Origin: Vicugna vicugna
Taxonomy: Eukaryota
Length of the DNA stretch: 64,000 nucleotides
Direction: 5' to 3'
NCBI GenBank assembly: GCA_013265495.1
Contig: MU057560.1
Coordinates: 2,354,909 to 2,418,908, forward strand
Shown: in pieces, positions 1 through 11,120 of the stretch
Layout of the letters: each line of letters opens with the position of its first letter
Numbering within the stretch: position 1 is the first letter of the stretch
Made by a program: the position numbers and the translations under genes
The notes under the pieces: generated by a model
Told to the model about the DNA's origin: nothing
The model's database searches: none
The model's input: the letters and a program-made list of their open reading frames with translations, nothing else

Positions 1-289
1 GCCCCTTTGACTAACACGGCTTTGGCGTCACCTCCTTTCACCTGCCAGAGAAGTCTCCCCATTCGTATAGGATTCGATGCTGCAAACCACACATGCAGCT
101 CAGACCAGAGAACAGGAATTCTGGGCAGCAGTGGTGACGGCGGTTCATCCTGTGCATCGCCGTGGCCGCGGAGAACTGATTCACTTCCTCCAAGGAGGGC
201 CACGCTGAGAGCAGGGGCCTTCACCCGTCTCTTCCTTCAGACCTCCGCGTCTTCTCTGCCCTGTGGTGCAGCCCCGGTGCCTTTCCGTC

Positions 290-760
290 CTCTACCTTCC
301 GAGAACCCGCCCTGTCCCTCCCTCTCTGGACTGCCCAGCACATGGTCACCGCTGCGCCCAGGACCTCCCAGCAGTTACCATATCCCGCACCCAGTGTGGC
401 TCCTGCCCCAGCGATGACCGAGTTGCTCTCCAGTTCTTCACTGTGTTCTCACCTGGCGCCGTGGACCTTCCCTCTGGTCAGTAGCCAGCAGGTCCCCGGA
501 GCGGCCCAGAGAAGGCTCTGAGGAGGGGTGCCTGGACCAAGACACCGGCCTCTGTTGGAAGCCAGGGTTTCCTGCCAGTGGTGTCTGGACCTCGAGGAAG
601 CTGCCCCATCCTCCCGGCTCCTCCCAGTACTCATTCTGGTCCATTACTGTCCCCTCCTGGACACCACCCACGCACTTGCCCTCACCCCTACTCCTCCCCT
701 GAAACTCCTTCACCCACTCAGGAGGCCAGTTTCTGCCTCAGCCACCTGGACTCCTACTCG
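290..760 (+). mobile_element. Possible highly decayed L2 (LINE-2) ORF2-region fragment
   Basis: Pyrimidine-rich stretch with patches (gatgaccgagttgct, cacccactcaggaggccagtttctgcc) loosely resembling recalled L2 consensus; heavily diverged. Confidence 0.3.
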
Positions 761-939
761 GTCCCCGGGGGGGCTCCCGGGAGCTCTGTGCAAGGAAGGC
801 CTTGAGGGCTGTGGTCCAGTCTGTCAGGGCAGCGGGAGGATGTGGGGAGACAGGCTGGGATCCAGGAAATAGCCCACGCCTCACCGCCTCCAATACCAGG
901 TTTAGGGGCTGTTCTATTTTGTGTTTGTTGATTGACTGA

Positions 940-1035
940 CTGTTGTTTGTGTTGCAGTACAGTTGGTTAGCAATGCTGTGCTAGTGTTCTGCGTACAGCC
1001 CCGTGATTCAGTCACACGTGTACATAATTTCCATT
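940..1035 (-). mobile_element. L1 extreme 3' end fragment (cetartiodactyl type)
   Basis: gcagtacagttggttagcaatgctgtgctagtgttctgcgtacagccccgtgattcagtcacac matches the reverse-complement L1 tail also seen at 2350 and 42790. Confidence 0.75.
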
Positions 1036-2347
1036 ACAGCTCACTGCCATTCCTGCTTTGTCAGCCATGGGGAGTCAAGGAAGAGGGGAGCGGAGGGGTG
1101 ACGTCACCAGGTCTGTAGTGAAACGTCATTCTGTCAGTAGATGAGTGGGTCGTCAAAGGTGAGGCCGACCAGGCAGGAGGCTGTTCCCTATTAATTTAAA
1201 GTGAGATGTGGGCGCCTCTGCCCCCTGGTCCAGTCACAGGTGGGTCTGGGTTCGGGAGCATCTCTGTGACCCAGTAGACATCTGTCCCGACCACTTCCCC
1301 ACGCGGACAGTGGGCTGGGTGGGGCCGTTACCCTGGGGTGTGACTCTGGGGGGAAGCCGCCCCTTTAGAGGGGCTTCCCCCCTCGGTAATGATGGCAGCT
1401 TGCCCTCGGAGAAGGGGAGTCATTGTCAGTAAAAGCTTGACTCTCTACGATGCAGGGCCCCTGCGGACACGGAACAGCGGCTGTGAGCAGGCATTAAGGC
1501 TGCAGAGTGACAGGAGCCCCGGGGGCAGACGCGGGGGTGGGCGCGCCAAGCCTTGTCCCGCCCTCACTGACTTCACCAATCTGCGCGAGAGGCCGGTCTC
1601 CACACCCCGCTGCAAACCAGGCTGGTGTGCGGCTCTGTGTGGCTGTGTGCGGCAGACACCCTGAATTAATAACCCTGTTAATCCAGGGGCCGCAGAGCCC
1701 CTGCCCCCCGCGGGCACCGTGCTGACAGGTGCAGAGAGGGCGGCCTCGTGGAGCAGAGGGGTGGGGCCACCCACAGGTTGTGCGTGGTGCCAGGAGCACC
1801 GAGGCGTGACCCTGTGCCATCATCACGTGTGGGGGTGGGAGGTGGGGCCCAGAGAGCTTTCCTGGGCACGAGGCAGGTGGCCTTGCCGGTGTCGGCATGG
1901 AGTCAGGATGCTGCTGCGGCCGGAGCAACCGCGGCGCGTGCCGGGGACGGGGGCGTGGGCTGCTCCGGGACAGGCTCACTGCAGTCTCCTGCGACCGTGG
2001 AAAAGCCTTCCTCCCAGTGCTGAAAGTGTGGAGAACTTCAGACTCCCGCGGGGATGTCGAGGGGCCGCCGGGCGCGCGGAGCTGGAGCCAGGAGCCCGAC
2101 GTGGCCCCAGGACGCCCCTCGAGCGCCGTGTGGTGTGACCCTAGCAGGGCCCCGGCCCCGGCGCACCCGCAACGTGCAGGAGGTTTCCCCACCGGGGGAG
2201 GGCTGGCCAGGGCGTCCGGTGCCCTCAGGCTCTGATGGGCACGGCCCCACACCCCACTTCCACTCAGGATGCTCTTCTGCTGGGTAATGACGTTGTCTGG
2301 GGCTCGGAAACTCTATGAGAGGAAACACGATGAACAATTCAGCAAAC

Positions 2348-3107
2348 ATTTATTTTTCTTTACCGAGGTTTAGTTTACTTACAATGTGGTGTTAGTTTCT
2401 GCTGCACAGCACGGTGAGTCAGTGTTACATATATGCATTCTTTCCCAGATTCTCATATATACACATATATATTCTTTTTCATTGTAGGTTATCACACGCT
2501 ACTGAACACAGTTCCCTGTGCTGTACAGTAGGGCCTTGCTGTTTACCTGTTTTATGTACAGTAGTTAGTGTCTGCTGATCCCACACTCCCAATCTATCCC
2601 TTCCCACCCCTTTCCCCCTGGTAGCCATAAGTTTGTTTTCTGTGTCTGGGAGTCTATTTCTGTTTTGTAAATAAGTTCATTTGTGCCATTTTTTTTTGGA
2701 TTCCACATGTAAGTGACATCATATGGTATTTATCTTTCTCTTTCTGACTTACTTCACTTAGAATGACAATCTTCAAGTCCATCCATGTTGCCGCAAACGG
2801 CATTATTTCATTCTTTTTTATGGCTGAGGAGCGTTCCAGTGTGTATAAGTACCACATCTTTGTCCAGTCCTCTGCCGATGGACGTTTAGGCTGTTTCCAT
2901 GCCTTGGCTGTTGTAAACAGTGCTGCTGTAAACATTGGGGTGCAGGTGTCTTTTTGAATTAGAATTCCCCCCAGATATGTGCCCAGGACTGGGTTTGCTG
3001 GATCATATGGTAACTTTATTTTTAGCTTTTGAAGGGATCTCCATACTGTACTCCACAGTGGCTGCACCAAACTGCATTCCCACCAGCAGTGTAGGAGGGT
3101 CCCTTCC
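2348..3107 (-). mobile_element. 5'-truncated L1 (ORF2 C-terminus plus 3' UTR), cetartiodactyl/camelid-like
   Basis: ORF 2654-3070(-) encodes the typical L1 ORF2 tail (QPLW..VWR.L.KLKI.LPYDPA, KDTCTPMF.AALFT.AK.WKQPK, AIKKNEIMPFAATWMDL..ILSEVSQ.EKDKYHM.SL.CGI), followed by L1 3' UTR ending at tttatt near 2350. Confidence 0.95.
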
Positions 3108-3731
3108 CTATCCGATGATTATCAATAAATGCTTGTTGACAAAGGATCATATCCTCTGTCCTCCGGAGGCCTGGGAGGGGTGGGAGGGAATGTGAGAGCC
3201 GGCAGGGCTGGTGAGGGTTCCCTCGGCAGGACCGGGGCCCCTCCACTGTGGCGTGTGAAGCCGGCCCTGAGCAGAGCTTCCAGCCAGCCGGTGGGAGGGG
3301 CGAGGCCGGTGAGGGCAGGGCCAGGTCTTGACCGAAGTGACGAGAGATGGATGAGGACCGTGCTCTGGGCACGTGTGAGCCACCAGGCTGCCCAGGTGAA
3401 CACAGCACATGTTCAGGGCCAGAGGTGCTGTGGGGTGTGTGGGTGTCGGGTGTGCACGGCGAGGTTGCCAGGGACGGTCCTGCCTTCTGTCTGCTGCTCC
3501 AGAGCCACTGCTGATGGCAGCCTGTCCTGTTCACTCCCAAAGCATCCCAGTTTGGGACATAAATTCAGATCAGCTTCTTTAGGGCAGGAGGAGACAAAGC
3601 AGGCTGCTCAGGTCCCGGGACGTGACCCTGAAGGGCTGGGGGTTCTCCTGACAGCCAGAGGGGCCTGGTTAGAGTCGGAAGCAGGTAAGTAAAACTCTAA
3701 AGAGAAAAAAGAGAGAGGAAAGAAAGAAGAT

Positions 3732-3953
3732 GTGGGTACATGTCACGATACATCCGTGCAAACCCACTGCAGGCCCAGCACCCAGAGCGAGCCTCGCCGG
3801 CCCTGGACGCCGGGTGACGACCACGTGCCGGGCCGCTTCGTCCACTTGGAGAGCGCGAGGCTGTGCGAGTGCAGCACGGGGCTTTGTGGGGAATCTCCGG
3901 ACGTTCCCCTCAACTTTGCTGTGAACCTGAAGCTGCTCTCTAAAGCACTCTAA
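3732..3953 (+). other. Candidate coding-like frame (73 aa, no ATG) with strong GC3 bias and Cys motifs
   Basis: 38 of 40 codons at 3762-3881 end in G/C versus about 60-65% GC at positions 1 and 2; peptide GTC..CRP..PGRFVHLESARLCECSTGLCG; no recognised orthologue. Confidence 0.25.
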
Positions 3954-4530
3954 AAAGCAAGCCAGCCAGCGTCTGGGACAGACCCTCTGGAGGGCGTGAG
4001 GGAGGGCAGCACTGAGGGCCCTGCAGGCCCGGGGGAGGTTTTGGGGGCCTGGAGGAGGTCGTGCCTGTGGACAAGCCAGGCTCAGCGATGCGTCCCGGGA
4101 GGGCCCAGGCCTGGCCGGCTCTGGCAGGTCCCGCAGAGCCCTCTGGGGTGCTCGCTGAGGGAGGGAGACACACAGGCCCGGGAGCGCAGATGCCCTGGGC
4201 TGTGACCTGGGTGACGTCCCCTGGCTCCCAGACACGAGCTCCCTAGGCCCCCTCCCGGGCCTTCCTCTCCTCCCAGACTCTCCCCTTCCAGCTCCCCTCC
4301 CCCCCCGCCCCCGCTGCACCCCAGCCCTGCTCCCAGGCAGCACCTAGCACTCTGTCTCTACGTGTGACCAGCTTCTGTCTCAGCTAACTGGCCCTTTCAT
4401 CTGTCTCCCTTCTGCTCTCCTCCCTCCTCCGGTTTCCTGCCAGCTCAAGCAGGGACCAAAGGAGAAAGGAAGAAAGATGAAACAGGCAGCCGCTGGCAGT
4501 GGGGGAGGTGGGGCGAAAGGCTGACGCTTC

Positions 4531-4554
4531 AGAGGAGCCCAGAGGAGCCCAGAG
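4531..4554. repeat. 10-bp tandem repeat (agaggagccc) x2.4
   Basis: Direct reading. Confidence 0.9.
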
Positions 4555-4648
4555 GGACCTCCTCCGGCCACACGCCCTGTCCTGTGCGGTGTGCATGTGC
4601 GGGCGTGCGGTGCGTGTGCTCCTGGGACCCTGGTGTGGAGTGTTTCTG

Positions 4649-4671
4649 GTGTGTGTGTGTGTGTGTGTGTG
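4649..4671. repeat. (GT)11 microsatellite
   Basis: Direct reading. Confidence 0.95.
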
Positions 4672-5355
4672 GCGTGCACGGACACCCGTGAGGCTGTGTG
4701 TACTGTGCCATGGCCCACGTGTGTGCGTGTGGCCCTGGTGTAGGGCGGGTGTGGGAATCGGGGAGCCCTGTGTGAACCTGTCTGTCTACGCAGCAGGCTC
4801 CGGGCTGCTGGGCTGGGGGGCCGAGGGTCCCAGAGACAAGGGCCTGGCCAGCTCACCACAGACTGTGTTCGCCCCATGGCTCTCGGCTTCAGCCACAGAG
4901 CGTGGCAGGGCCTGGTCCCATCCTGGCAGTCAGGCCCTTCCCCGGGGGCCTCTCTGTTACATTCAAGGCCGGGTGTGAGTGTGTCCTGGAGGTTGGGGAC
5001 TCTGGGCTCACCCTCCAGGAGGCCCCCGTGTTCCTCCAGGCGTCAGGGGATTGACCTGCCAGATGCTTCCAGAACGGGGCTCACCAAGAACACTGGCTCA
5101 CAGCCCACTCTCCTCCTGGGCCATGAGGGGTGGAGGCAGACAGAATTTCCGAACAGGTGCACGCGTCCGAGGCAGGTGGGCGGGGACGGGCTGGCAGCAG
5201 AGGGGAAAGGGTGCAGGTGGAGGTGGTTCCAGCCTCTTCTGCCAGCCCTGCCCTCCCCGGGGAGGCGTCCGTCCTGAGTCCCAGCGCCTCCCCTGGGCTG
5301 ACCACCAGCGGCCCCGGCTCTCACGGAACATGTTCTCAATCAGAATGCCTGGCTC

Positions 5356-5507
5356 TGTAAACACCTTTCTGGAAGATATGCTCGAGCGTTTGAATTATAA
5401 GCAGAATCCTCTGCATCAGCTGGGGATATAAAGGACGCTTCACAGGGCAACGGCTTAGCTCCCCCGCCAGCTCCCTGTGTTCTGTTTGTTGTTTCTCCCT
5501 GTTTGTT
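5356..5507 (+). promoter_or_regulatory. Candidate TATA/forkhead-motif regulatory element
   Basis: TGTAAACA 5356-5363, CAGCTG 5417-5422, TATAAAG 5427-5433, TGTTTGTT at 5483 and 5500. Confidence 0.3.
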
Positions 5508-6539
5508 CATATCGCTTGGGGAATCGACTTTGAGTCTCTCCCCTTTAGGCCTCTCCTTGGCCTCTTCCTCTTCCCCCCGGGGTTCTGCCGCAGGGCGTTG
5601 GGGCTGAGCCCAGGGAGGCCCCTGGAGGGCGGTCAGTGGCCGTGTGCCTGGCGGGGTCGTGGGGTTCCGTGTGTGGGTGGAGGCAGAAGTGGGAGCCGCC
5701 CGCCCCGAGGCCCTGGGGGTGGCATAAACCTTGGTTTGACACTGTCTCCTCCTTAGAAACCTTCCTCGGTGGAGCAGGAGATGTTTCCCCAACACCCTCA
5801 TCTCTGCCAGACTTCACGTGGCAGCTGGAGGGAAGGAGGAAAAATCCAATGTAAACACATCACACTTCCAGACTGCTGCGCTGGAGCGGGGGCCTTGGCC
5901 GGCCGGCCGGCAGGCTGGCCTGACAGGTACCAGACCACCCGGCTTCCTGGCAGAGGAGGGAGCTGGCAAGCTGGGCTCAGGCTGTGCTGCAGTGACGAGG
6001 ACAGGTGCCCAGAGGGACTTCTGGGGGCTTCTGTCCCATCTGTAGCTAGTCGCCTCCTGCGAGTTTTGAGTCAGCTCTGTGATCGTCTTCGACCTGGAAG
6101 AGGCCCCTCATTTTGCACCTGGGGAGCTGGGGCCCAGGGGGCTCTCTGACGTCCATCTGTCACACGCCGGGACACCCAAAGGACCCGCGCACTCCTGGGT
6201 GGACCCAGGCACATTCCAGATGCGCCCCATCTATTCCCTGACTCTTACCTCTTCGGGTGGGCGACCCCAGGCGAGCCCTCCGGGCCTGACCCACCATCCC
6301 GAGAATGCTGGAAGTAACACGTCTCTTTTCCACCTTCGGTGATTCCTCTGAGGACTCAGTGGGCCGTGATCACCTCCGGAGGTGACAGAGGCTCCTGTGA
6401 CAGGAGGGCAGCCTGGGCGCAAAGGCTGGTCTCCGCTCTTCACCTGCCAGAGCCCCGGGCCCCTGAGACACCCCTTACTGTGTGCCCCGAATTTCTGATC
6501 TTGGACAAGCCAGGCCCCCCAGCCCCACCCCCACCAATT

Positions 6540-6622
6540 CACACACACATGCTCACGTGCACGTATGAATGTGCACGCGTACACTCACATGTACACACAA
6601 CATATGTGCACGTGCACACACA
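6540..6622. repeat. Decayed CA/TG alternating purine-pyrimidine tract
   Basis: acacacacatgctcacgtgcacgtatg...gtgcacacacag. Confidence 0.8.
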
Positions 6623-8512
6623 GCCTCAGCCTGAGGGCAGCCCGCTTCCCTGCACTCGCCGGTCCCTGAAGTCGCACGGGACATGGGGCAGCCCCGTGCC
6701 CGGCCGGCCTTGGGGCGTTGGGAGCCCCCTCTCATCCGTCCAGGGTCCTGTGTGCAAACAGTGAACAAAGAAAGGGGGTGAGGAGGGGCTTTGCCTTGCT
6801 TAGGGTTCTCGCAGCAAGCCGTAGGGGTCACAAAGTGACCACCTGAGGGGTGTGGCAGCGTGCGCTGTCCTGGGACGGCAGGTTCTGGGCTGCGGGTCGT
6901 GCCTGAGGGCAGCGTCACACCTGGAGAGCAGGCAGCCCCGGAGCCTGGCATTTGCTGGGACCTGTGCCTTTGGTCCCAGGCTGGGCTGGAGTGGCCCCTG
7001 AGGGAGAGGGCTGTCGAGCCACTGGTGACCTCTGACTCACCCACTGTCTGGACCCAGGTGGGCCAGTGGGCACGGGTCAGCCAAGAGGGAGGAGGAAAGG
7101 GGTGGCCGGGCGTGTGTGTTGGGGGTGTGTGTGTGGTGGGGGCCATGGACAGGTCAGGTGACTAGGACCAAGTCCGTGCAGGGTCCAGTGTCGGCCCTGG
7201 AGTGGCATTCCTGTGGCTCACGGAGACAGAGCAGGTCAGACCGCCGAGGGACTGGGAGCTGGCACACACACAGCGCACAGATCAGGCGGACCCCTGGCTC
7301 TCGCCCTGGCTCTGACCTACCCCCCAAACACACTGTGGACCCTTCTTGGACAGGACCTTCCACCCCGGCCTCTGCTCGGTGCCTGCGCCCCTCAGGGCCC
7401 AGCTGCCCGGACGACTTCCTGCAAGCCGAGGCTGTGGGTCCCCCGGACGGGACTGGAGGAGGAGACTCTGGAGGATGCCTGACATCGGTGCCCCTTGCCA
7501 GGTCCTCCGCCTTTGGCAGGGTCCCTGGCTGCCGTCTCCCCCGTGCCGCTCACCTGTGGGAGCCCGGCCACCCTCCCTCTGGCAGGATGGCATGTGTCGC
7601 AGCTTTATCTTGGCTCCGCAGGCCCGCCTGGGCTGCTGCCTCCCGTCCCAGCAGCTCTGCAGCGGAGCCGCCGACTTGGATGGCGTCCCGGGGCTGAGTG
7701 TCCCCGGAAGAGGCCTCTGCAGAAGCCTCGCGTCCGTGACGGGCAAACCCGGGTGGATGGAAGCCCCAGGAGCAGCGAGGCTGTGACAGCGGAAGCAGGG
7801 TGGCAGGGCTTCGGCCCGCCCTCCGGGGGGTGGGGGGAGTGGAGATGCCGCCCGGGGATCAGAGGCGCCGGTAGGGGCCGGAGGCAGAAACCCCAGTGTG
7901 CCTGTCCCAGTGCTTGAAACGCCTGCAGGAGGGTGGCGATGAGCTGTCCTCTTCACTTGGGACCAGTCCAGCCTCCCCGCTGGTGGAGGGTGGCTCTGCG
8001 GGCGTGGCTCCTGGATCCCACTGCAGCCAGGATTCCAGGCGGGAGCTGAGAACCCGTCAGGATGGACTCCAGGTCCTGATTCACTTGGGAGCCTGAGAAG
8101 AAGCCACACAGACCCCCGGGACCAGGCCACCAGGAGTGTGCCACGCCACACCCAGCTGACAAGGAAGGTTCCGGGCAGGGAAGGCGTCCCCTAGACTCGG
8201 CCAGGAGAGCTGGCCCCGAAGTGAGCTGCGGGGGGCAGGGTGGCCCCCAGAACCCCTGCTGGCTGCTTCCTCACGCTGGGGCTCTTCGCTTTGAATCTCG
8301 CTGCCTGGAGAGGGAAAGGGGAGCCGGATAAAGAAGAGGAACGCTCTCTGCGGGGGTTACTAGGGACTCACTCAGAGTAAGGGAAGTGGATCAAAGTTTT
8401 GAAAAGACAGGTGAGTTCTCCTTCGCTCTGCTGAAGCACGTGTGGTGATCACGTGGGACTCAGATTTAATCCACAAGGTTAAACGCTTGTGTGAGTGCAC
8501 GTGTTTGTGAGG

Positions 8513-8557
8513 GAGACAGACAGACAGACGGAGACAGAGACAGGGAGGGAGAGGGAG
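8513..8557. repeat. (GACA)n/GA-rich simple repeat
   Basis: gagacagacagacagacggagacagagacagggagggagaggg. Confidence 0.8.
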
Positions 8558-10235
8558 CATCGAGGGTGTCCTGGGGCACTGGCCCTGTGCATGGAGGCCA
8601 TGCTGCACATCCGTAGAGGGAAATGGTGGACAGATGCGGGCAGACAGACGTGGCAGGGCTGTGGCCTCCCCTGGTGCACGTGGCAGTGCCGTGGCTGCTC
8701 GTGTGGACGGACCTAACCACACCCTCTAAACATAAGACACGTTCATTTGATGTTGACTCAGCTGTCCCAGGACAAAGCGTCTGTGCTGCCCTGTGCGTGG
8801 CCTGAGGGATGTTCGCACAGAGGAGGGAGGGTTCGGATCTGGCTGACCCTGGAGCCATCTCTGTGGCCACCCTGCCCAGGACAGCTGTGGTGGTCGGCAG
8901 GACAGAGGGAGCCGATGGCCGACGAGCTTCTCTGCCCTCCGAGGAGGCTCAGTCTAGAGCCACTGAAAACACAAAGCTTTCCTTGCAGCCGAGCAAGACC
9001 CAAACTGCTCCAGAGCCCGGGAGGATTGCTCTGGCGTCCGTCCCGGGACCCTGTGCCCACCCAGTCTCCTCCCCATCCCGCCTCTGCCACCCTGACCACC
9101 TGCTTCTCTCTGCCCGCTCGCTGGGGGAGGATTGACGCTCTGTCTCGCCTGTCGTCTCAGAGGAAGTGCGGTGTCTCCCGGGCAGGCCTGAGGCTGGGGC
9201 TCTGACTGCCCAGGGGAAAGGTTTGCCACCTGGTGAGAGCTTTGGACCAGGAGTGGGAATGTGGTTGCACCCAGGACAGGGGCTTGTGGAGACCCCTGGC
9301 TCGTGGTCCGTGGGCAAAGCCTGTGGAGGTCGCCTTGGTGCGCGCACGACGCTGAGGACGAGCTCTCGTGTGTCTGGGAGCCGGGGGCACGTCCACACCA
9401 GCAGCTGCCCTCGCGCTGTGTGCGGCGTGCACCTGCCCTCGTGGTGCGTGCGCCGCGCACCTGCTGGGCTCGCTGGTGGGTGAGGGCGGATGAACCGCTC
9501 CCCGTGGAGGCTCCCTCCCCGAGGGTGGAAGGGCTGGGCTTGGTGGTCCCTGAAGTTTCTAAAGATGCTTGCGTTTCCAGAACGCGTCTCCCTGAGTGCT
9601 TGATTCCCTGGACAAGTCTTCGGGGCGTGAGGTCCTGGCGCGCCTGCCTCTGCCCGGGGCTTCAGGCATGACCTTGACTGACGGGGCCGGGCGTCCATTC
9701 ACCTGCCTCCTCCCTGCAGCGAAACTGCCCGATTCCCACGCTGCCGTGAGCTGCAAGGAAGTCAGTGGGATACTGTGTCTTTGGTAAATACTTAGCAATG
9801 ATAACTTTATAACTTATGAAGCAGATTCACACATTTTGAAGCCTTACAGTGAGTTGGGGACACTGATGTCCAGAGGGGCAGGGTATGCCCATCTGTCCGT
9901 CTGTCTGATGAGATGGTGGGAAGGGGACTGAGGGCCATTCCAGAAGTGCCCCCTTGGGTCACAAGTGGATGGCACCCACGGAAGGGGCCGGGTGGAGGGA
10001 GGAACCACTCAGTGATGCCTGGTGCTCGTGGGATGGAGCGGGCGGTGGAGACTGTGGTTCCTTCGTCCCTGCCGCCCTCGGATGCACCCCGGGTGTTACC
10101 TCATCTCCGTCAAAGGGGTACATTCAGCACATCCAGTGTCCCTGGGATGGATGGCCTCCCACGGGGCTGGTAGGGCAGGTCCCCCTCTCTCTTTCCAGGG
10201 TGTCTCCACCTCCAGCACCCACTTCCATTTCTACC

Positions 10236-10445
10236 TGGATGAGCTTCCTGGAGCTGAGACATCACAGCATCACTGATGAGAAGCTGAGAGAAGTAGAAAC
10301 GTACTTTCTCACAGTCCTAGGGCCCGAGTTCTAGGTTTCTCCAGGGTCGTGCTTTCTGCTCTCCTCTCCAGGGAAGGTCCTCCTGCCTCTTTCAGCGCCT
10401 GGTGGCCCCGGGCGCCCTTGGCTGGTGGCAGTGCGGCTCCTCCAG
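10236..10445 (-). mobile_element. MLT1 (ERVL-MaLR) LTR fragment
   Basis: agcttcctggagctg...tactttctcacagtcctagg...gaaggtcctcctgcctctttcagcgcctggtggccccgggcgcccttggctggtggc parallels the MLT1 copy at 18160. Confidence 0.7.
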
Positions 10446-11004
10446 GGGCCCTGGGCCTTCTCCCGCCCTTCTCAAGGGGTTTTGCTCAAGCAAACTTGAG
10501 GCTCCTCCTGGTGGATGCAGCCCTGCCCCCAGATCTGCACGTGGCCCCGCAGGCCCTGCGGGTGGCCGGCCTTCCCTCACCAGGCTGCGGCTCGTGGCTG
10601 CAGGAGCAGAAACCACCAACGGGGTGCAGGCCTTTCCTCCCCTGGAGGTCCTGCCCGGAACAGCTCGGCCTGGGCTTCAGAGCAGGCAACACTGGCCGGG
10701 AACCAAGACAGAGAACAGGACTCAGCTGGTGGATGTACGGACGCAGACCCTCCTCTCCCCGCGGGCGACCCCTCTGAGGCGTCCGTCTGTCCTTGAAGTC
10801 AGGAGCTGCTGCTCTGGGGACTCTTGGGCCTCGTCTCTATCCTGTCACCTCATCAGGGAAGACAGGAGGGTCACTTTTCGGCTGCCTTTGCACCAGCACG
10901 TGTGCCCACACGTGCGCACACACGGGATTTTTGTATCACTTTGTGTTTTTCACTCTCGTTTGTGGAGTGTCTGTCTTGAGGCCCCGCCTAGATTCCCCAC
11001 TCAC

Positions 11005-11120
11005 CCTGGACGCTCCTGGCTGCCGGTTGCAGTTTGTGACCTAAAAACCAAATGGCTGAAAACAGAGGCAAGTGTCCAAGTCTTGAAGCTGGCGGCCGTC
11101 TGCTCGGGCCTGGCTCGGTC
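11005..11120 (-). mobile_element. MLT1-like LTR end fragment
   Basis: ggttgcagtttgtgacctaaaaaccaaatggctgaaaacagagg resembles the MLT1 terminus (gctgtgtaacaaa...agtggcttaaaacaac). Confidence 0.4.

Noticed and set aside
2336-3139. Imperfect 16-bp inverted repeat flanking the L1 (tcagcaaacatttatt / aataaatgcttgttga)
   Set aside because: Both match the common L2 tail motif in opposite orientations; not transposon terminal repeats
5329-5431. Short ATG ORF MFSIRMPGSVNTFLEDMLERLNYKQNPLHQLGI
   Set aside because: About 33 codons, no homology recognised, overlaps the TATA/forkhead motifs that better explain the AT-richness
7282-8151. 289-aa minus-strand ORF, and similar 200-280 aa ORFs at 1494, 34145, 49006, 50197
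   Set aside because: Composition mirrors GC content, several overlap MIR/L2, overlapping ORFs occur in many frames, no known motifs
9330-9485. WCAHDAEDELSCVWEPG resembles the C-x9-C-x-W motif of type I cytokine receptors, with a gtgagg donor at about 9480
   Set aside because: No acceptor, GC3 not above background, later cysteine spacing and exon phase do not fit, no WSXWS or other exons
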